From Octopus vulgaris (lineage: Eukaryota), in the NCBI GenBank assembly GCA_951406725.2, contig OX597816.1, forward strand, positions 86,056,001 through 86,120,000: a stretch of 64,000 nt of DNA. The letters run 5' to 3'. How positions within the stretch are numbered: the stretch's first letter is position 1; each line of letters opens with the position of its first letter. The notes under the pieces are model-generated. The model ran no database searches and was not told the DNA's origin. It saw nothing but the letters and a program-made list of their open reading frames with translations. Positions 1-13,639 of the stretch are shown one piece after another. The translations under genes were made by a program, and so were the position numbers.

Positions 1-697
<697 letters not shown>

Positions 698-847
698 CAA
701 TCAATAAATGGTGGGGTTGTGTTGACTGCACGTTGAGAAATGATAGGCAAGGAAAAATTAAAAAGACAGAATGCTAAATTGAAGGAAAATTTTAATGAAA
801 ATGGGTGTATGGAAAATTTTGAAAAATTAATAAAATATATATATATT

Positions 848-889
848 AATTCATACCGGTTTTCGTCGCAATGTGACTTTTCAAGAATT
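848..889 (-). ncRNA. Minimal type-I hammerhead-like motif (U3:A8 core) in left pLTR
   Basis: Minus strand reads AATTC TTGAAAA GTC acattgc GAC GAAA ACCGGT AT GAATT: stem I AATTC/GAATT, stem II GTC/GAC, palindromic stem III. U16.1 is substituted in this copy. Confidence 0.65.
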
Positions 890-1139
890 GTAAGGTGGAA
901 AGAAAAAAAATTTTGTTTATGTTTGAGGAGGGGTAAAAAGAAAATTACATTGTTTTTTGCAAAAAAAAATACTAATAAACATGTACAAAAAATAGGTATT
1001 CCGATACATTGTAAAGTCTTTGTGTATCTCGAGTTTAATGATAGTTCTTGAAAAAATTACCTTGGAGGATTGAGATCCATATGATTAAATCCATGTGCTG
1101 TTTAATTTAATTAAGGATGTCTGTTAAGTGAATGTCAAA

Positions 1140-2035
1140 ACCCCTAAGAACCAAATCATAACAGACATCTACCACAAACCTGCAGACTCACAACAATACC
1201 TCCTCTTTAGTTCATGCCACCCAAAACACACCAAGACAAATATCCCTTTCAATTTAGCTAAAAGGGTATGCACCATTGTCTCGGATCCCAAAACTCAAGA
1301 AATACGCCTTCAAGACCTCAAAAAAACACTATTACATCCCCAATATCCCCCCACCCTTATAGAGTATGGAATAAAACGCGCCAAAGAACTAGACAACATT
1401 ACACTGAAAACTACCCAACCCAACAACACACACAACCCCAAAATACTTCCATACATTTCCACCCACAACCCCAAAAATACCGAAGCATACACCACAATCA
1501 TACAAAACCTCACTCTACTTTCCACAGACCCAAAAATGAAAACATTATAAATACACACAAAATTCTCAAATGTAAAAGGCAACACAAATCTTTAAAAAAA
1601 CTCTTGACAAATGCCAAACTTCACACACCACATCCACCCCCAGCAGTTAAAAAATGTGCAGCCCAAACTGTGGCACCTGCCCCTTCCTACCTGAAGGCTC
1701 TGAATTTATCTTCAAACAAGGAACGAAGTTTAAAATCAAGACCAACTTCTCCTGCTCCTCCGAGAACCTTCTCTACGTTCACACGTGCGCCAGTTGCCAA
1801 CATAATTATGATGGACAAACGAGCCGCCCTTTATGTAAAAGAGTAGCGGTCCATAAAGAACAAATAAATCTCCCGGAATACCGGCAAATTCCACATAGAC
1901 TCGGGCGCTAAAACAAAATTCCCAAATTTTACATATTCCCCTTCTACCAATGTAAAGACGGAATCACCACACAGGAGAGAATGAACAAGGAGAATCTTTT
2001 TATTAAAAAATTTAAAACGCATCTTAATATGCAAA
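1140..2035 (+). pseudogene. Penelope RT C-terminus/thumb plus GIY-YIG endonuclease, frameshifted
   Basis: ITDIYHKPADSQQYLLFSSCHPKHTKTNIPFNLAKRVCTIVSD (PLE thumb), LPYIS motif, CxxC linker (CGTCPFL), NFSCSSENLLYVHTCASCQHNYDGQTSRPLCKRVAVH (PLE GIY-YIG pattern). Confidence 0.9.
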
Positions 2036-2165
2036 CTCCTCGTTGATCATACTTCTTTTTTCTACCTCATTCTTCATGGATGGACTAATACAAATATATA
2101 AGGATACCATACAGTCATCACTTCAAGCTAAAACTTATATTCTTTATTTATCATTATTATTATAG

Positions 2166-2202
<37 letters not shown>

Positions 2203-2212
2203 CATCATCATA

Positions 2213-2245
<33 letters not shown>

Positions 2246-2903
2246 GACATAACAATCTGAAATTTAATTATTAATTGGTTTATGTAAATTTATATAATTA
2301 GAAGACAATATAAATAAAGTGTTAAAATCTGAATGTTAAGGTAGCAAACAATTATATAAAAAAAGATGACTCAAACTCGCTCCTACACATGTCAAAATTA
2401 AGCAGAGAATACAACCTGGCAACCACACCAGACTCTGAGGGTGGAGTCTTCGACTTGGCCTGAGCATGGACTCAAACCCAAATGAAATGAAATGAAATGA
2501 AATGAAAATGCAAATGAAGCTAAAATGATAATTTTATAATTTAAGGTTTAACACCCTTTATTACAAAAAATTGATAAACCCAAATTGAAGAGCTTAAAAC
2601 CCACAGAGTTGTCTCCCCTTACTCACAGGAACTGGACAACTACTTCCTGTTTTGACATTCAATTAACAGACATCCTTAATTAAATTAAACAGCACATGGA
2701 TTTAATCACATGGATCTCAATCCTCCAAGGTAATTTTTTCAAGAACTATCATTAAACTCGAGATGCATAAAGACTTTACAATGTATCGGAATACCTATTT
2801 TTTAAATTTTGTACATGTTTATTATTATTTTTTTGCAAAAAACAAAGCAATTTTCTTTTTTCCCCTCCTGAAACATAAAAAAAAAAATTTCTTTCCACCT
2901 TAC

Positions 2904-2945
2904 AATTCTTGAAAAGTCACATTGCGATGAAAACCTGTTTAAATT
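2904..2945 (+). ncRNA. Minimal hammerhead-like motif (U3:A8 core) in right pLTR
   Basis: AATTC TTGAAAA GTC acattgc GAT GAAA ACCTGT TT AAATT, a paralog of 848-889 with different mutations. Confidence 0.6.
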
Positions 2946-3110
2946 AATATACATATATTTTATTAATTTTTCGAAATTTTCCATACACCCATTTTCATTA
3001 AAATTGAATTAATATATATATATTTTATTAATTTTAAAAAGTTTTCCATACACCCATTTTCATTAAAATTTTCCTTCAATTTAGCATTCTGCCTTTTTAA
3101 TTTTCCCTTG

Positions 3111-3129
<19 letters not shown>

Positions 3130-3149
<20 letters not shown>

Positions 3150-3390
3150 ATGTGTGTGTGTGTGTGTGTGTGTGTTTGTATGTCTGTGTTTGTCCCCCTC
3201 AACATCGCTTGACAACCGATGCTGGTGTGTTTACGTTCCTGAAACCTAGCAGTTCGGCAAAAGAGACCGATAGAATAAGTACTAGTCTTACAAGGTATAT
3301 GTCTTGGGGTCGATTTGCTCGACTAAAGCTGGTGTTCCAGTATGACTGCAGTCAAATGACTGAAACAAGTAAATGAGAGTAAAAGAGTAT
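3130..3390 (+). mobile_element. SINE family A, 3' half
   Basis: Matches about 48920-49148 (tgacaaccgatgctggtgtgtttacg...gactgaaacaagtaaa). Confidence 0.85.
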
Positions 3391-4376
3391 ATGTATATGC
3401 AGGTATATGTAAATATACATACATACATATACAGGGAAAGAGAGACAGACAGACAGAGAAACAGATCCATACATACAAGCTTATGACCCTGTATAAAAGA
3501 ACGATTAATTACTTCAAATTAGCGAAAAGAGAATCTCAAAGAAAATAGCTTTGTTACTTTTAGAATCTCAGAAAAGTGATATTAGAAGGAAACTCTCCAG
3601 GAAACACATTCCCAAAATGATTAAAGAAATGAAACTTATATTGCAATCTGATTATCTCACATGAGCGAGTGATTAATGTTATCGAAGATGTTTATAATCA
3701 TTTATGAATAGTTTCATAGTAAGTTAATGTTATTTTCTAAGACATAAGTACGTAGATTTAGAAGTCGGATACAAAATATTAAATGCATACGACTCTGATT
3801 CAATGGTTCTTAATTTCTCGATACTTCATTGATAAAAAACAACGATACCATCCCAGTGGAATTTGAAATCAGAAACAGAATTGAAGAAGTAACTTAATAC
3901 AGGGAAACCTTAAATCCGCTGCTGTAGACCTCCATTCATTCACTGTCTTAATAATGACATATTAATGGGGATCATAATGGGGTGATAATGACACGATTCT
4001 GACAGAAGTGCAAGTGTAATTTACAGAATTCAGTCATTAATGATTAATAGTCGTATCAGAAGTTTAAAAACTGTAGAGATGGCTGAAATATTAAATTCAT
4101 ATATTGTTTGATTTCCAATCTATACATTATGCTTTCAAATCAGTCTACATTAGACAATTTATGTTATCGAATTAAGTACCAATTAAAGTATAGTGTCAAT
4201 TTTATTGTTTGTTCTCGTTTAAAAATTTTACTCAGTTGGAAACAAAATCGTGTTAGAAGGTTCTCGAGAGATAAGATAAATGTTTTCCAGAAGTTCGTTT
4301 CCTCTCTCTAATCTAAATTTTACCATTAAAATTAATATAATTCGTGTATAATGAATATATGTGTGCGTGTTCGTGC

Positions 4377-4417
<41 letters not shown>

Positions 4418-4459
4418 TAAAACTGTATATATGCGCTCGCACTCACGCACGCATGGCTG

Positions 4460-4775
4460 GGCGCTCTGTCAGTTACGACAACGTGTGTTCCAGATTCGAT
4501 CACACGGCACAGCTATGAAATGAACGTGCAAGTGGTTGATAACTCAAAACGTAGGCATGTCCTTAACATAATTCTCAGGAATATTAATGGTAACACACCG
4601 AATATCATCATGGCTGACCCTTTGTAAAACATGTTGAACTCATTTTTGCCCGCTGAGGGAACAGGAGCACCGCAAAATTAAGTGTCCCTCTGAAGAACGA
4701 AATGAGACATTAGGAATCGAACTCACGAAGTTACGGCCAGGAGCGGAAAACACCAACCACTAAGCCACTCGCTTT
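4460..4775 (-). mobile_element. Degraded SINE family C copy
   Basis: Patchy similarity to 11397-11787 (tcagttacgac, aacgtgcaagtgg, ggaatcgaactcacga, ccactaagcca). Confidence 0.55.
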
Positions 4776-5385
4776 TATACTCATATATAATGTTTATATT
4801 TGTACGCATAACTTTACCTTTCGCAATAATCTGAAGGACCTTCCTTCAAATATATAACAGCTAGCTAGAAAGAAATGGCTTCGTGTTAAAGTAAATACTG
4901 ATAAGTTCAAATATAATATTTTCTGTTGAAAAACCTTGAGGAAAGTGGAAAAGCGAAAGAAATGACACAAGAAAGAAATGACACAAATCGTGCAATTTCG
5001 AGATATTTCGCCACTCAGTGCAGTTTTTTTTTAACATAACTGTTCTATAAATGCAGCAGTTAATAATATTTCTGTGAGTGTTAGTATAGTTAATGCAGGA
5101 GACGTTACAATGTAATCTAGAAATAGCTATGGAGTATAGAGAAATAAACAATACTGGCCGAAGGCAAGTATTTTGTTATTAATATTATTTTTTGGGCGAT
5201 TCTTTTTATTCACAGCTATTGCAAACTATCAACGGAAAATCATGAGTTATATGTGCATTGCTATAGACTGTTTGGTGAAAAGTTTTAAAACAAACTTACT
5301 AAAATGTGTTATTATTAGAATTATAATTTCCGATTCATTGTAAGAATTACAATGTCATTGCTTTTGAATATTTAGAACAACATAT

Positions 5386-5790
5386 AAGGCGGCGAGCTGG
5401 CAGAAACGTTAGCTTGCCGGGCGAAATCCGTAACCGTCTTTCGTCTGCCGTTACGTTCTGAGTTCAAATTCCGCCGAGGTCGACTTTGCCTTTCATCCTT
5501 TCGGGATCGATAAATTAAGTACCAGTTACGCACTGGAGTCGATGTAATCGACTTAATCCGTTTGTCTGTCCTTGTTTATTCTCTCTGTGTTTAGCCCCTT
5601 GTGGGTAATAAAGAAATAGAATCGTGAGCACGCCGAGTGAAATACTTAGCGTCATTTCGTCTGTCTTTATGTTCTGTCTTCACATTCCGCCGAGTTCGAT
5701 TTTGCCCTTCATTGTTTCGGAGTCGATAATTTAGCACCAGTTGCGCACTGGAGTCGATCTAATCGACTTTCCTCCTCCCCAAAAATTGAC
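5386..5790 (+). mobile_element. SINE family B, tRNA-derived, dimer-like
   Basis: Head ggcggcgagctggcagaaacgttag with B-box-like gagttcaaattcc; a second diverged monomer follows from about 5620. Confidence 0.85.
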
Positions 5791-6552
5791 TCACTCTATA
5801 TTTTTGTGGAATATCCTCTTCCCAATTCTCACGAAACATACCTTGTCTGACTTGAAAATTTGCGAATCCCAGCTCCTAACTTCGCCACTTCTGCTCATAT
5901 AATTTCGCAGTATAGGGCTGCGACTGGTAACTGGTAACAAAATAACAAGCAGTTTATTTCCTCCTCACTGGACCCTCTGAAAAAGTTTTGCTGCTTGGCG
6001 TGGTTTTAATTTTATATCATTCATATTCTGTTTTATCCAATGATTTTCTTTTTCCCGCAATGACTATTTGCTACAATTCTTTGTATTCAGTGGATTTTTA
6101 ATCTAATCTAATATCACCCATAATTTTGTACTAAGTTGTACTTTCTTTGACTGGTTTCATTTGGAAATTGGCACCGGTTTTCCCTAGAGAACTGCATTGT
6201 GTGTCGCAATTCTATATTTATTTATGTATGAATTATTTTCTATTCTCTAGTTTTTGTTGCTGTTTTATTCTTCGCTGATACCTATACAAATTATGTAGAC
6301 TATATAAATAATTATACCTTTATTGTTTGCCGGGAATGTATTGTGAAGTTGGCATCTAAAATCACACGTGATTTTATTAGACTATTTTGTTGTTATCATT
6401 TGTAATATTCAGGTTTAACTATGCAATATTAGTAATACATAGATTCATCTATTGTGTTGTTTATGCTCGTTTTGTTTTGAGTTGGAGGTATACTTTTATT
6501 TTTTGTTGGTTTTATTTGCAACAGTTGTTATTTGTTATGAATATATTATTAA

Positions 6553-6980
6553 TAAGGCGGCGAGCTGGCAGAAACGTCAGCACGCCGGCCGAAATGCTTA
6601 GCGTTTTTACGTGTCTTTACATTCTGAGTTCAAATTCCGCCAAGGTCGAATTTGCCTTTCATCCTTTCGGGGTCGACTAAATAAGTACCAGTTACGCACT
6701 GAGGTCGATATAATCGACTTAATACCTATGTCTGTCCTTGTTTGCCCCCTCTATGTTTAGCCCATTGTGGGTAATAAAGAAATAAGGATCATTAAAACAT
6801 CGGAGAAAATGCTCAGCAGTATTTCGTTCATCATTACATTCTGTGTTCAAATGCCACAGAGGTCGACTCTACCTTTCATCACATTCGTGCTCGATAAAAT
6901 AAGTAGCGTCTGAACTACTAGTGTTGATATAATCGATTTACCCTACCCCTAAAACTTCTGGCATTGTGCCAAAATTTGAT
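6553..6980 (+). mobile_element. SINE family B, dimer-like
   Basis: Closely matches 5386-5620, followed by a second decayed monomer. Confidence 0.85.
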
Positions 6981-7517
6981 ATATAAGGAATAGATATAAA
7001 TTTTATATATAAGGAATAGATATAAATTTTATATATAAGGAATAGAGGCTTGGCGAAATCAATAATGCGTTTGGAAAATGCATCGCAGAAACTAATTACA
7101 TCCTCAAAACCAAATCCAAACGAAGTAGATATATTTGTTATCATTCTGGTGTGTAAATACTTCTGATCGATAGCTTAAGTATTCGTCAATTTCACTGACT
7201 TCGGCCTCCCTAAATTTACTACTTTGACTCAAAGAAACCAGCATTCTTCTTCTTCTTCTTCTTCTTCTTCTTCACCTCCTCCTCCTCCTCCTCCGCCTTC
7301 TTCTTGCGCAACTATTAGAGGACTGGGGAAATGCTTTGCAGTTTTTCTCCCGAATCACTATGTTCAGAGTTCAAATTCCAATGGAAGCAAATTTGTCTTT
7401 CAGCCCATCAAACTAGGTACCAATACGTATTGCGGTTGGTGTTCATAAAATGCACAAAATAAATCTTGGTCGTAGTCGGCGACCTAGACAGTCTTCATAT
7501 TATTATTATTATCATTA

Positions 7518-9808
7518 GTCAGTAGTCTTACTTTTATCACGTGCTTTCATTGCACTACCGTGCACAGCTCTGTTTGACTTGGGTATGTGCTGTTTTTTGT
7601 GGTGCTCTTATTTTCATTGTATTGAAAGTGTTTTACGTAGGATGTGTGTAGTTCCTAGTAGTACATATTTTTGTATGATATATATTCTTGTGGGTCCTGA
7701 TTTTTTTTGTTATGCATTTGTCTGAATATTTTTTATCATATCTAATGCGTCCATTATGATAGGAATTGTTCCTGTTTTTAGGCTCCACATTCGAGTTACC
7801 TCCATTTCCAGAACTTTACCGTTTGAAAGTGTCTCCGGTTCTTTTGAAGAAACATTGTCATCTCTTTGGTATTGATAAATGGATTAGAATACATTTTTTA
7901 CTTGGTGATCTCTGACAACTATATCTGGCATGCTGACCTGAATTTTCCTCTCTATCTGTGTGTATTGGAATATCCCAGAGTAAGGTTGCCTTCTAATTTT
8001 CTGCGATCTTTCCCTAGCATGTGAATAAGCCATCTTCTTTCTATTGTTATTCCATAGTGGTGGCATAACTTCCAGTGTATATAGGTCCCAGCTCTATCGT
8101 GACTGTGAATATATTCCGTCTTAGCCTGAACTGGGCGGCCATAGATAATATGATTTATTGCTTCTTCTTCATCACCTCATATTCTGCAGTTACTCGTATT
8201 TCATTTCAGTACATGTTTTTGGTGATTACTAGTGATAAGGCTTTGATCTTGTGCTGCAATTAAAAATCTTTCAGTCTCTGCTTTGAGTCCTGAGCTCCTC
8301 AGCCATGGTTGGGTTTTTGCTTCGTCTATTTCTTTTCTGTTTAGCTTAACCAAATATTTGCCATGAAGGGGCTTTTCTTGCAATCGTTTTATCACTATCC
8401 TTTTCAGTTCCAGTTTTAATCTGGATATCAGTTGTTTTATAGCTTTTGCTGTTTCTTCTTTTTCTTCATAGTTGTTAGGTAGTATGATTTCTTGTTTATA
8501 TTTGTCAGCATCCTTAAAGACTGAAATTTTTTTTTTTTGTTCTTGATATGTGGTTCATTGTATTAGTTTTCCTTGCTTCTGAAGTGGGTATTTCTGTAGT
8601 CGTATGGTGGTTATTTTGTAATAATTTTCTAGGTATATAAGGCTTACCACCTTCGATACATTGTATATATAGCCTTTCTATTTCAGATTTTGGGTGGTGC
8701 ATCCTAAATCCTGTCATTATTTCTCTTGTTTTCCAGTTTATTTTGATTAGTTCATTTAGAGTCCAATTAAGAATGTTGTAGCTGTAATTTATAATTGTGA
8801 CGTCTAGTATCGATACCTATTATCTTGTTCTTTTTTGCATTGAGCTCTGTGTTCAGTATTAATCTAAATCTTCTATTGTATTCCTTTTTTATTTTCTCTC
8901 TTATTTGTGTTTTTTGCATCGAATCTAGTTGATTGATTCTTTAATATTTGTATGCCTGCCTTTGGTCTAATTCTTTTATTTCATTTGCTTTATCTAGTGT
9001 GATGTTCCTGCACTTATCTAGTTTTCCTCTTATCTAGGTTGCTTTGGCACATTTTTCTAAACCATATTTCAAGTTTATTTCTTTGGTAAATCCATGATTC
9101 CTAAGTATTTGTATGTCTGGCTTTGGTCTAATTATCTTATTTCATTTGCTTTATCTTGGTCATACTTAGATACTTCTTCTTTCTGCGGCTGTGTTCATTT
9201 ATGTCGTTATTGATCAGTAGCTGATCCCTACGGCCGTATGTGCATACCCTGCAGTATCCCTTCTGCACTTCTGGAAACAGGTTCTCTTCTTCTAGTTGTT
9301 TGCCCATTCGATATTATCGCAGTAAAGGCTTTGTAAATTGTAGGGAGACAAGTTATTGGTGTGTAATTTTGTGGGTTTGCCGTTTTGACGGATTTTGGAA
9401 TTAGGATAATTTTCCTTTCCGTGAGCCATTCAGACATTGTCTCTGGCACAGCAGGTATGCCATTACATTTCTCAGCCAGCTTTTTGTGTTTTCCGGTCAA
9501 ATATTTTTTATGAGAAGTTGAGGATCTTATCGTACCCAGGTGCCTTCCTATTGTTTAGTTTTTGCAGTGCCTGGGTGACCTCTTAAGTTGTTATGGTGGT
9601 CCAGAGATGCTCAGGGGATGAGTTCGTTGTTTTGATAGACCATATTTCTTTCCAAAATTCTTCCACTTCTTCTGCTGTTGGTGCTACATTGATGTCTATC
9701 TTATTTTTACCAAGTTCTTGGTAGAATCTTTTGTGTTTCGAGCTGAACTGTTTGTTTTGTTCAAAGAAACGTTGGTGTTTCTCATACCGGCAAATTCTTA
9801 GTGCTTCA
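7518..9808 (-). mobile_element. Degraded R4/Dong-like RLE non-LTR retrotransposon
   Basis: RT N-terminal YTPITCLPTIYKAFTAII, MHHPKSEIERLY, EKPLHGKY..WLRSSGLKAETE, PDIVVRD. The 3' end matches 54600-54696. ATT repeats lie at both flanks. Confidence 0.9.
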
Positions 9809-9866
9809 TTATTATTATTATTACTATTATTATTATTATTATTATTAGTAGTAGTAGTAGTAGTAA

Positions 9867-9902
<36 letters not shown>

Positions 9903-9987
9903 CAGCAGCAGCATTAGCAGCAGCAGCAGCATTAGCAGCAGCAGCAGCAGCAGTAGTAGTAGCAGTAGTAGTAGCAGCAGCAGCAGA
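9808..9987. repeat. Compound (ATT)/(AGT)/(AGC) trinucleotide tract
   Basis: Seen directly. Confidence 0.95.
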
Positions 9988-10353
9988 ATTGTTGTTGTCT
10001 CTGCGTTATGGATCTGCTATTTTAAACTTTTGTCGCGTATGTTTTCCATTTTAATGATGTTCTTTTCGAATTTTGCTGCCTAGATTTTCGCTGCTGCAGG
10101 TGTGCAGGCAAATTCCGTTGTTTATTGTGGCTTAGGGGGCTAAATTACCTCTTGTATAATTTTGGCTTTGAAAAGATAATAAATCTTTAAACATGGCGGC
10201 AATTTTGACAGCCAGTCTGCAGAAAAAAAATTAAAAAATTGAAATTTGAAAATAATATTTGTAACCTAAATTTTTCCCTTCAGTGAAACTTCTCCCATAT
10301 GAATTTACAGTTGAGGAGAGAGTGAAAATTGATGTTTGACAAGCTTTTTTCTG

Positions 10354-10388
<35 letters not shown>

Positions 10389-11396
10389 GCAGTAGCAGAA
10401 AAAAGCCTGTCAAACTTCAACGCATCAAGCAACAACAACATCAATGACATTCAAACTCCACAGCAAAATCGTTGTGATTGAACATGCAAAATATTAAAAA
10501 CGAGAGTAAAAGGGGCATGTGAAGACACTATTATCCTCAACAAATTAACTTTAAAAAACAGCAGCCATCCGTTTCAAAATGAACAAATCAATAAAACAGC
10601 AATCATTTGTAGCAGCTGTAACTCAACTACTACCACACCATTAGCGAATACAACACTCTTTATCCTACCCGCTACCACTGTCATACACGCAAACACCAAA
10701 GCAGCAATGTCTTCTATCCAAATGTAGACAAGAAGGTAAGTAAACTACATGCTGAAACACGAAAATTGTATGACTGAGATTAATCTGTTTCTTATCTAGT
10801 ATCGGAATTAAAGAAGACTTTCACAAATATGTGCTTTAACGAAAAGAAATTGATAATCTGGAGGTGCTGATAGCTCTCCCAGTTAGATTATAAACAGGAA
10901 ATAAAAACTCAACATAGTAGGCGAGAAAGCAAAAATATGTTGTACAGTAGAAGATATGTGTCTCACCGTAGAGAATACTAGTGACACACGTCTCTCTTAC
11001 AAATATGTAATATTGTTGATGTACCTGAGAAAAAATCTGTTATGAACTGATGCTGTATAATATAGTAATAGCAGGTAGCACAGGCTAAAAAATATTCTAG
11101 AGCAAAATATAGAGTTGCGGATGCTGCCGACATTACAGAACAATGTAAGGAACTCATATCTAATTTATGTGGTGGGAGGGGATCCAGTGAGATTTGTGGG
11201 TAAGATCAAGAGCGCTCTATGCGACTCACGCGGAAGCTTTACTCACTAGAAGAGTCACTGTCCCCGGGCAGAATTGTTAGGCACCTAATTGACTTTAAAA
11301 CCATGGCCAGAAATTCATTTTAGGAGATACATTGTCAACTGCAACAGCCATAAGAGCATCAGGACGAAAAGTGAAGCCAAAATAAACAAAGTAAAA

Positions 11397-11787
11397 TGGA
11401 TGGAAGCACTCCGTCGGTTACGATGATGAGGGTTCCGGTTGATCCGAATCAACGGAACAGCCTGCTCGTGAAATTAACGTGTAAGTGACTGAGCACTCCA
11501 CAGACACGTGCACCCTTAACGTAGTTCTCGGGGATATTCAGCGTGACACAGAGAGTGACAAGGCCGGCCCCTTGAAATAGAGGTACAACAGAAACAGGAA
11601 GTAAGAGTGAGAGAAAGTTGTGGTGAAAGAGTACAGCAGGGATCACCACCATCCCCTGCCAGAGCCTCGTGGAGCTTTTAGGTGTTTTTGTTCAATAAAC
11701 ACTCACAAGGCGCGGTCTGGGAATCGAAACCGCGATCCTATGACCGCGAGTCCGCTGTCACTAGCCACTGGGCCATTGCGCCTCCAC
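11397..11787 (-). mobile_element. Full-length SINE family C with 14-bp target-site duplication
   Basis: tRNA-like head (tggcccagtgg A-box, ggtttcgattccc B-box) and (ccat) tail. TAAACAAAGTAAAA occurs at 11383-11396 and 11788-11801. Confidence 0.92.
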
Positions 11788-12149
11788 TAAACAAAGTAAA
11801 AACCATGATATTGAAAGAGGTTGAGAGGTTCGAAGCACAAACATCAAAATGAGTGTTCGTACACCTAGAACAAGTTTAAATCAACATACATGAAACAAGC
11901 ACACGATAGCTCCCAGAAACAATTATCATTAAAACGAGGATATCTCATCTAAGTCGTCCCATAGGATGCTCCTTTTAGGGGTTTCGGTTACGCATACTAT
12001 AGGAGTCATAGGACGCTGTTCCATATGATCCTGCAGTTTCCATATAACTAGGAATATTAGGGTCTCATCCATCGTTTTGTATTGAAGATCTTCTGCAGGG
12101 CATCCTGCTAATTCGAAGCCAGGAATCTGATCTGGTAGTTCCTGCCGAT

Positions 12150-12470
12150 AAGTTAATCCACGCTCTGCTGCCGACGCTTCGATTTATTGTCGTTAATGTT
12201 TTGTCTGTCTCCTAACCATCGAGCTGTCTGGCCTCGTAAGACCTGCCTGAAGATTTCTCTCCCTCCATCATAGCTCTCCGGGTCAATGGAGCACACAGGC
12301 ACTTCGCCGCGACAAGGTACTTGTTGAATTGCCCATTGACTACACAGTAGTTCTTCCGCCCTTTGACGGGTCTTATTTTTCGTCCTGCCGGGTGTCCAAC
12401 AATTACCCTCCTCGCCAAGCAAGCTTGATTGGGTTACCATTTTAGTCACAATTAACACGACCATGTGACA
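12150..12470 (-). mobile_element. Possible Gypsy/LTR integrase C-terminal remnant
   Basis: GC-richer island with CWTPG followed in another frame by GRKNYCVV, loosely like a Gypsy integrase C-terminal motif. Weak. Confidence 0.25.
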
Positions 12471-13019
12471 AGTTGTACTGGGTTACATGTTACCAGTAGC
12501 GTTCAAGAGCGATCTGACCATAAAACTAGGATTGCATTCCATATTCGATGAAAATAAGAAACAAGTGTAGTATTGTCTACCACTTAATTATACAAATATA
12601 GATAAATGTACGGAAAGAAAAGACTCATATACCGGGCATTTCTCTGAACAAATATCATAGGAAGTTTAGCTTCACAACAACCAGAGTTGTAAACACTCAC
12701 ACACACACACACACACACACACGAATCTCGACCACGATAAATTACCGAGTGCCAAATACGTTTTGTAAATAAAAACAAAAATTAGTAGATGTTAACTTAA
12801 GGAAGTTGCAAGAACATTGAAATGTGAGTGGAAGTATTTTACGCGTCTAGATGAGTTTTCGTATACTTATTTACTAGCTAACGAAAAAAGAATTTATAAA
12901 TCGCATGAAGTTTAGGTACTTAGATAAGTTTCGGCAGAAATTGGCCCAGGCCATGTCTAATTTAATAGCGCCAACTGGAAGAGATACACAGTCAGATCTT
13001 GGGCATCATAGCCCATTCG

Positions 13020-13350
13020 AGCAGAAAGTTATTGTTTTCAGAGACATAACCGGGTGTGAATGGTGTCTGGTAATTGTCGGAGGTAATCATCTAAGAGCCG
13101 TTTGAATGCCGTGGAATAATTTTCATCCTTTATGTGGGCTGGCACGATGTTGTAGAGAACAGGGTCAGTTGAGATGAAAGAGTTCTGCAGTACTGCGGTG
13201 ATACGACATGAGCATTATTGCTGTAGTGAACGGATGGCACGGGCGCCAAGCCCTGGATGAATTTTAAAGATGATACCTATATCATTTGGGCAATGTTGAT
13301 AGAATATTTTCTCAGCATACAGATGATATAGCGGTCACGGCGGCGCTGGA
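13020..13350 (-). mobile_element. CR1-like LINE 3' fragment
   Basis: The minus strand resembles the ..RR.RY.I....KI end of the RT at 46224-46400 and the downstream GP.L.N region. Confidence 0.6.
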
Positions 13351-13639
13351 TACAGGAGAATTATTACACATCACTCATACAGACAAATCTCCGTGTTTCT
13401 ATCTACCCTTGAATAGCTTATTTGTTCTAGAGTCTGGTGTAAGTGACTTCTTTCAAATCACATTTTCCGACTAACATAATCGTACGAGAAGGAAAGGAAG
13501 TATTAAGTAGAGAAGAAATCCTGTCATATTTTCCATGATCAACTTGAGGAACCTGTTTCAATATATAAGTTGAAATAACCATTAATTTTGCCATTCAGAT
13601 ATGTTTGTCCTTTGTTGCAGATTAATTTATACCGTACTG

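Larger units (their letters stand above)
743..3115 (+). mobile_element. 5'-truncated Penelope-like retroelement with inverted pseudo-LTRs
   Basis: 743-1140 is the reverse complement of 2650-3115, whose copy carries an internal ~65-bp duplication. The arms enclose RT-thumb and GIY-YIG remnants, the typical PLE insertion structure. Confidence 0.9.
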
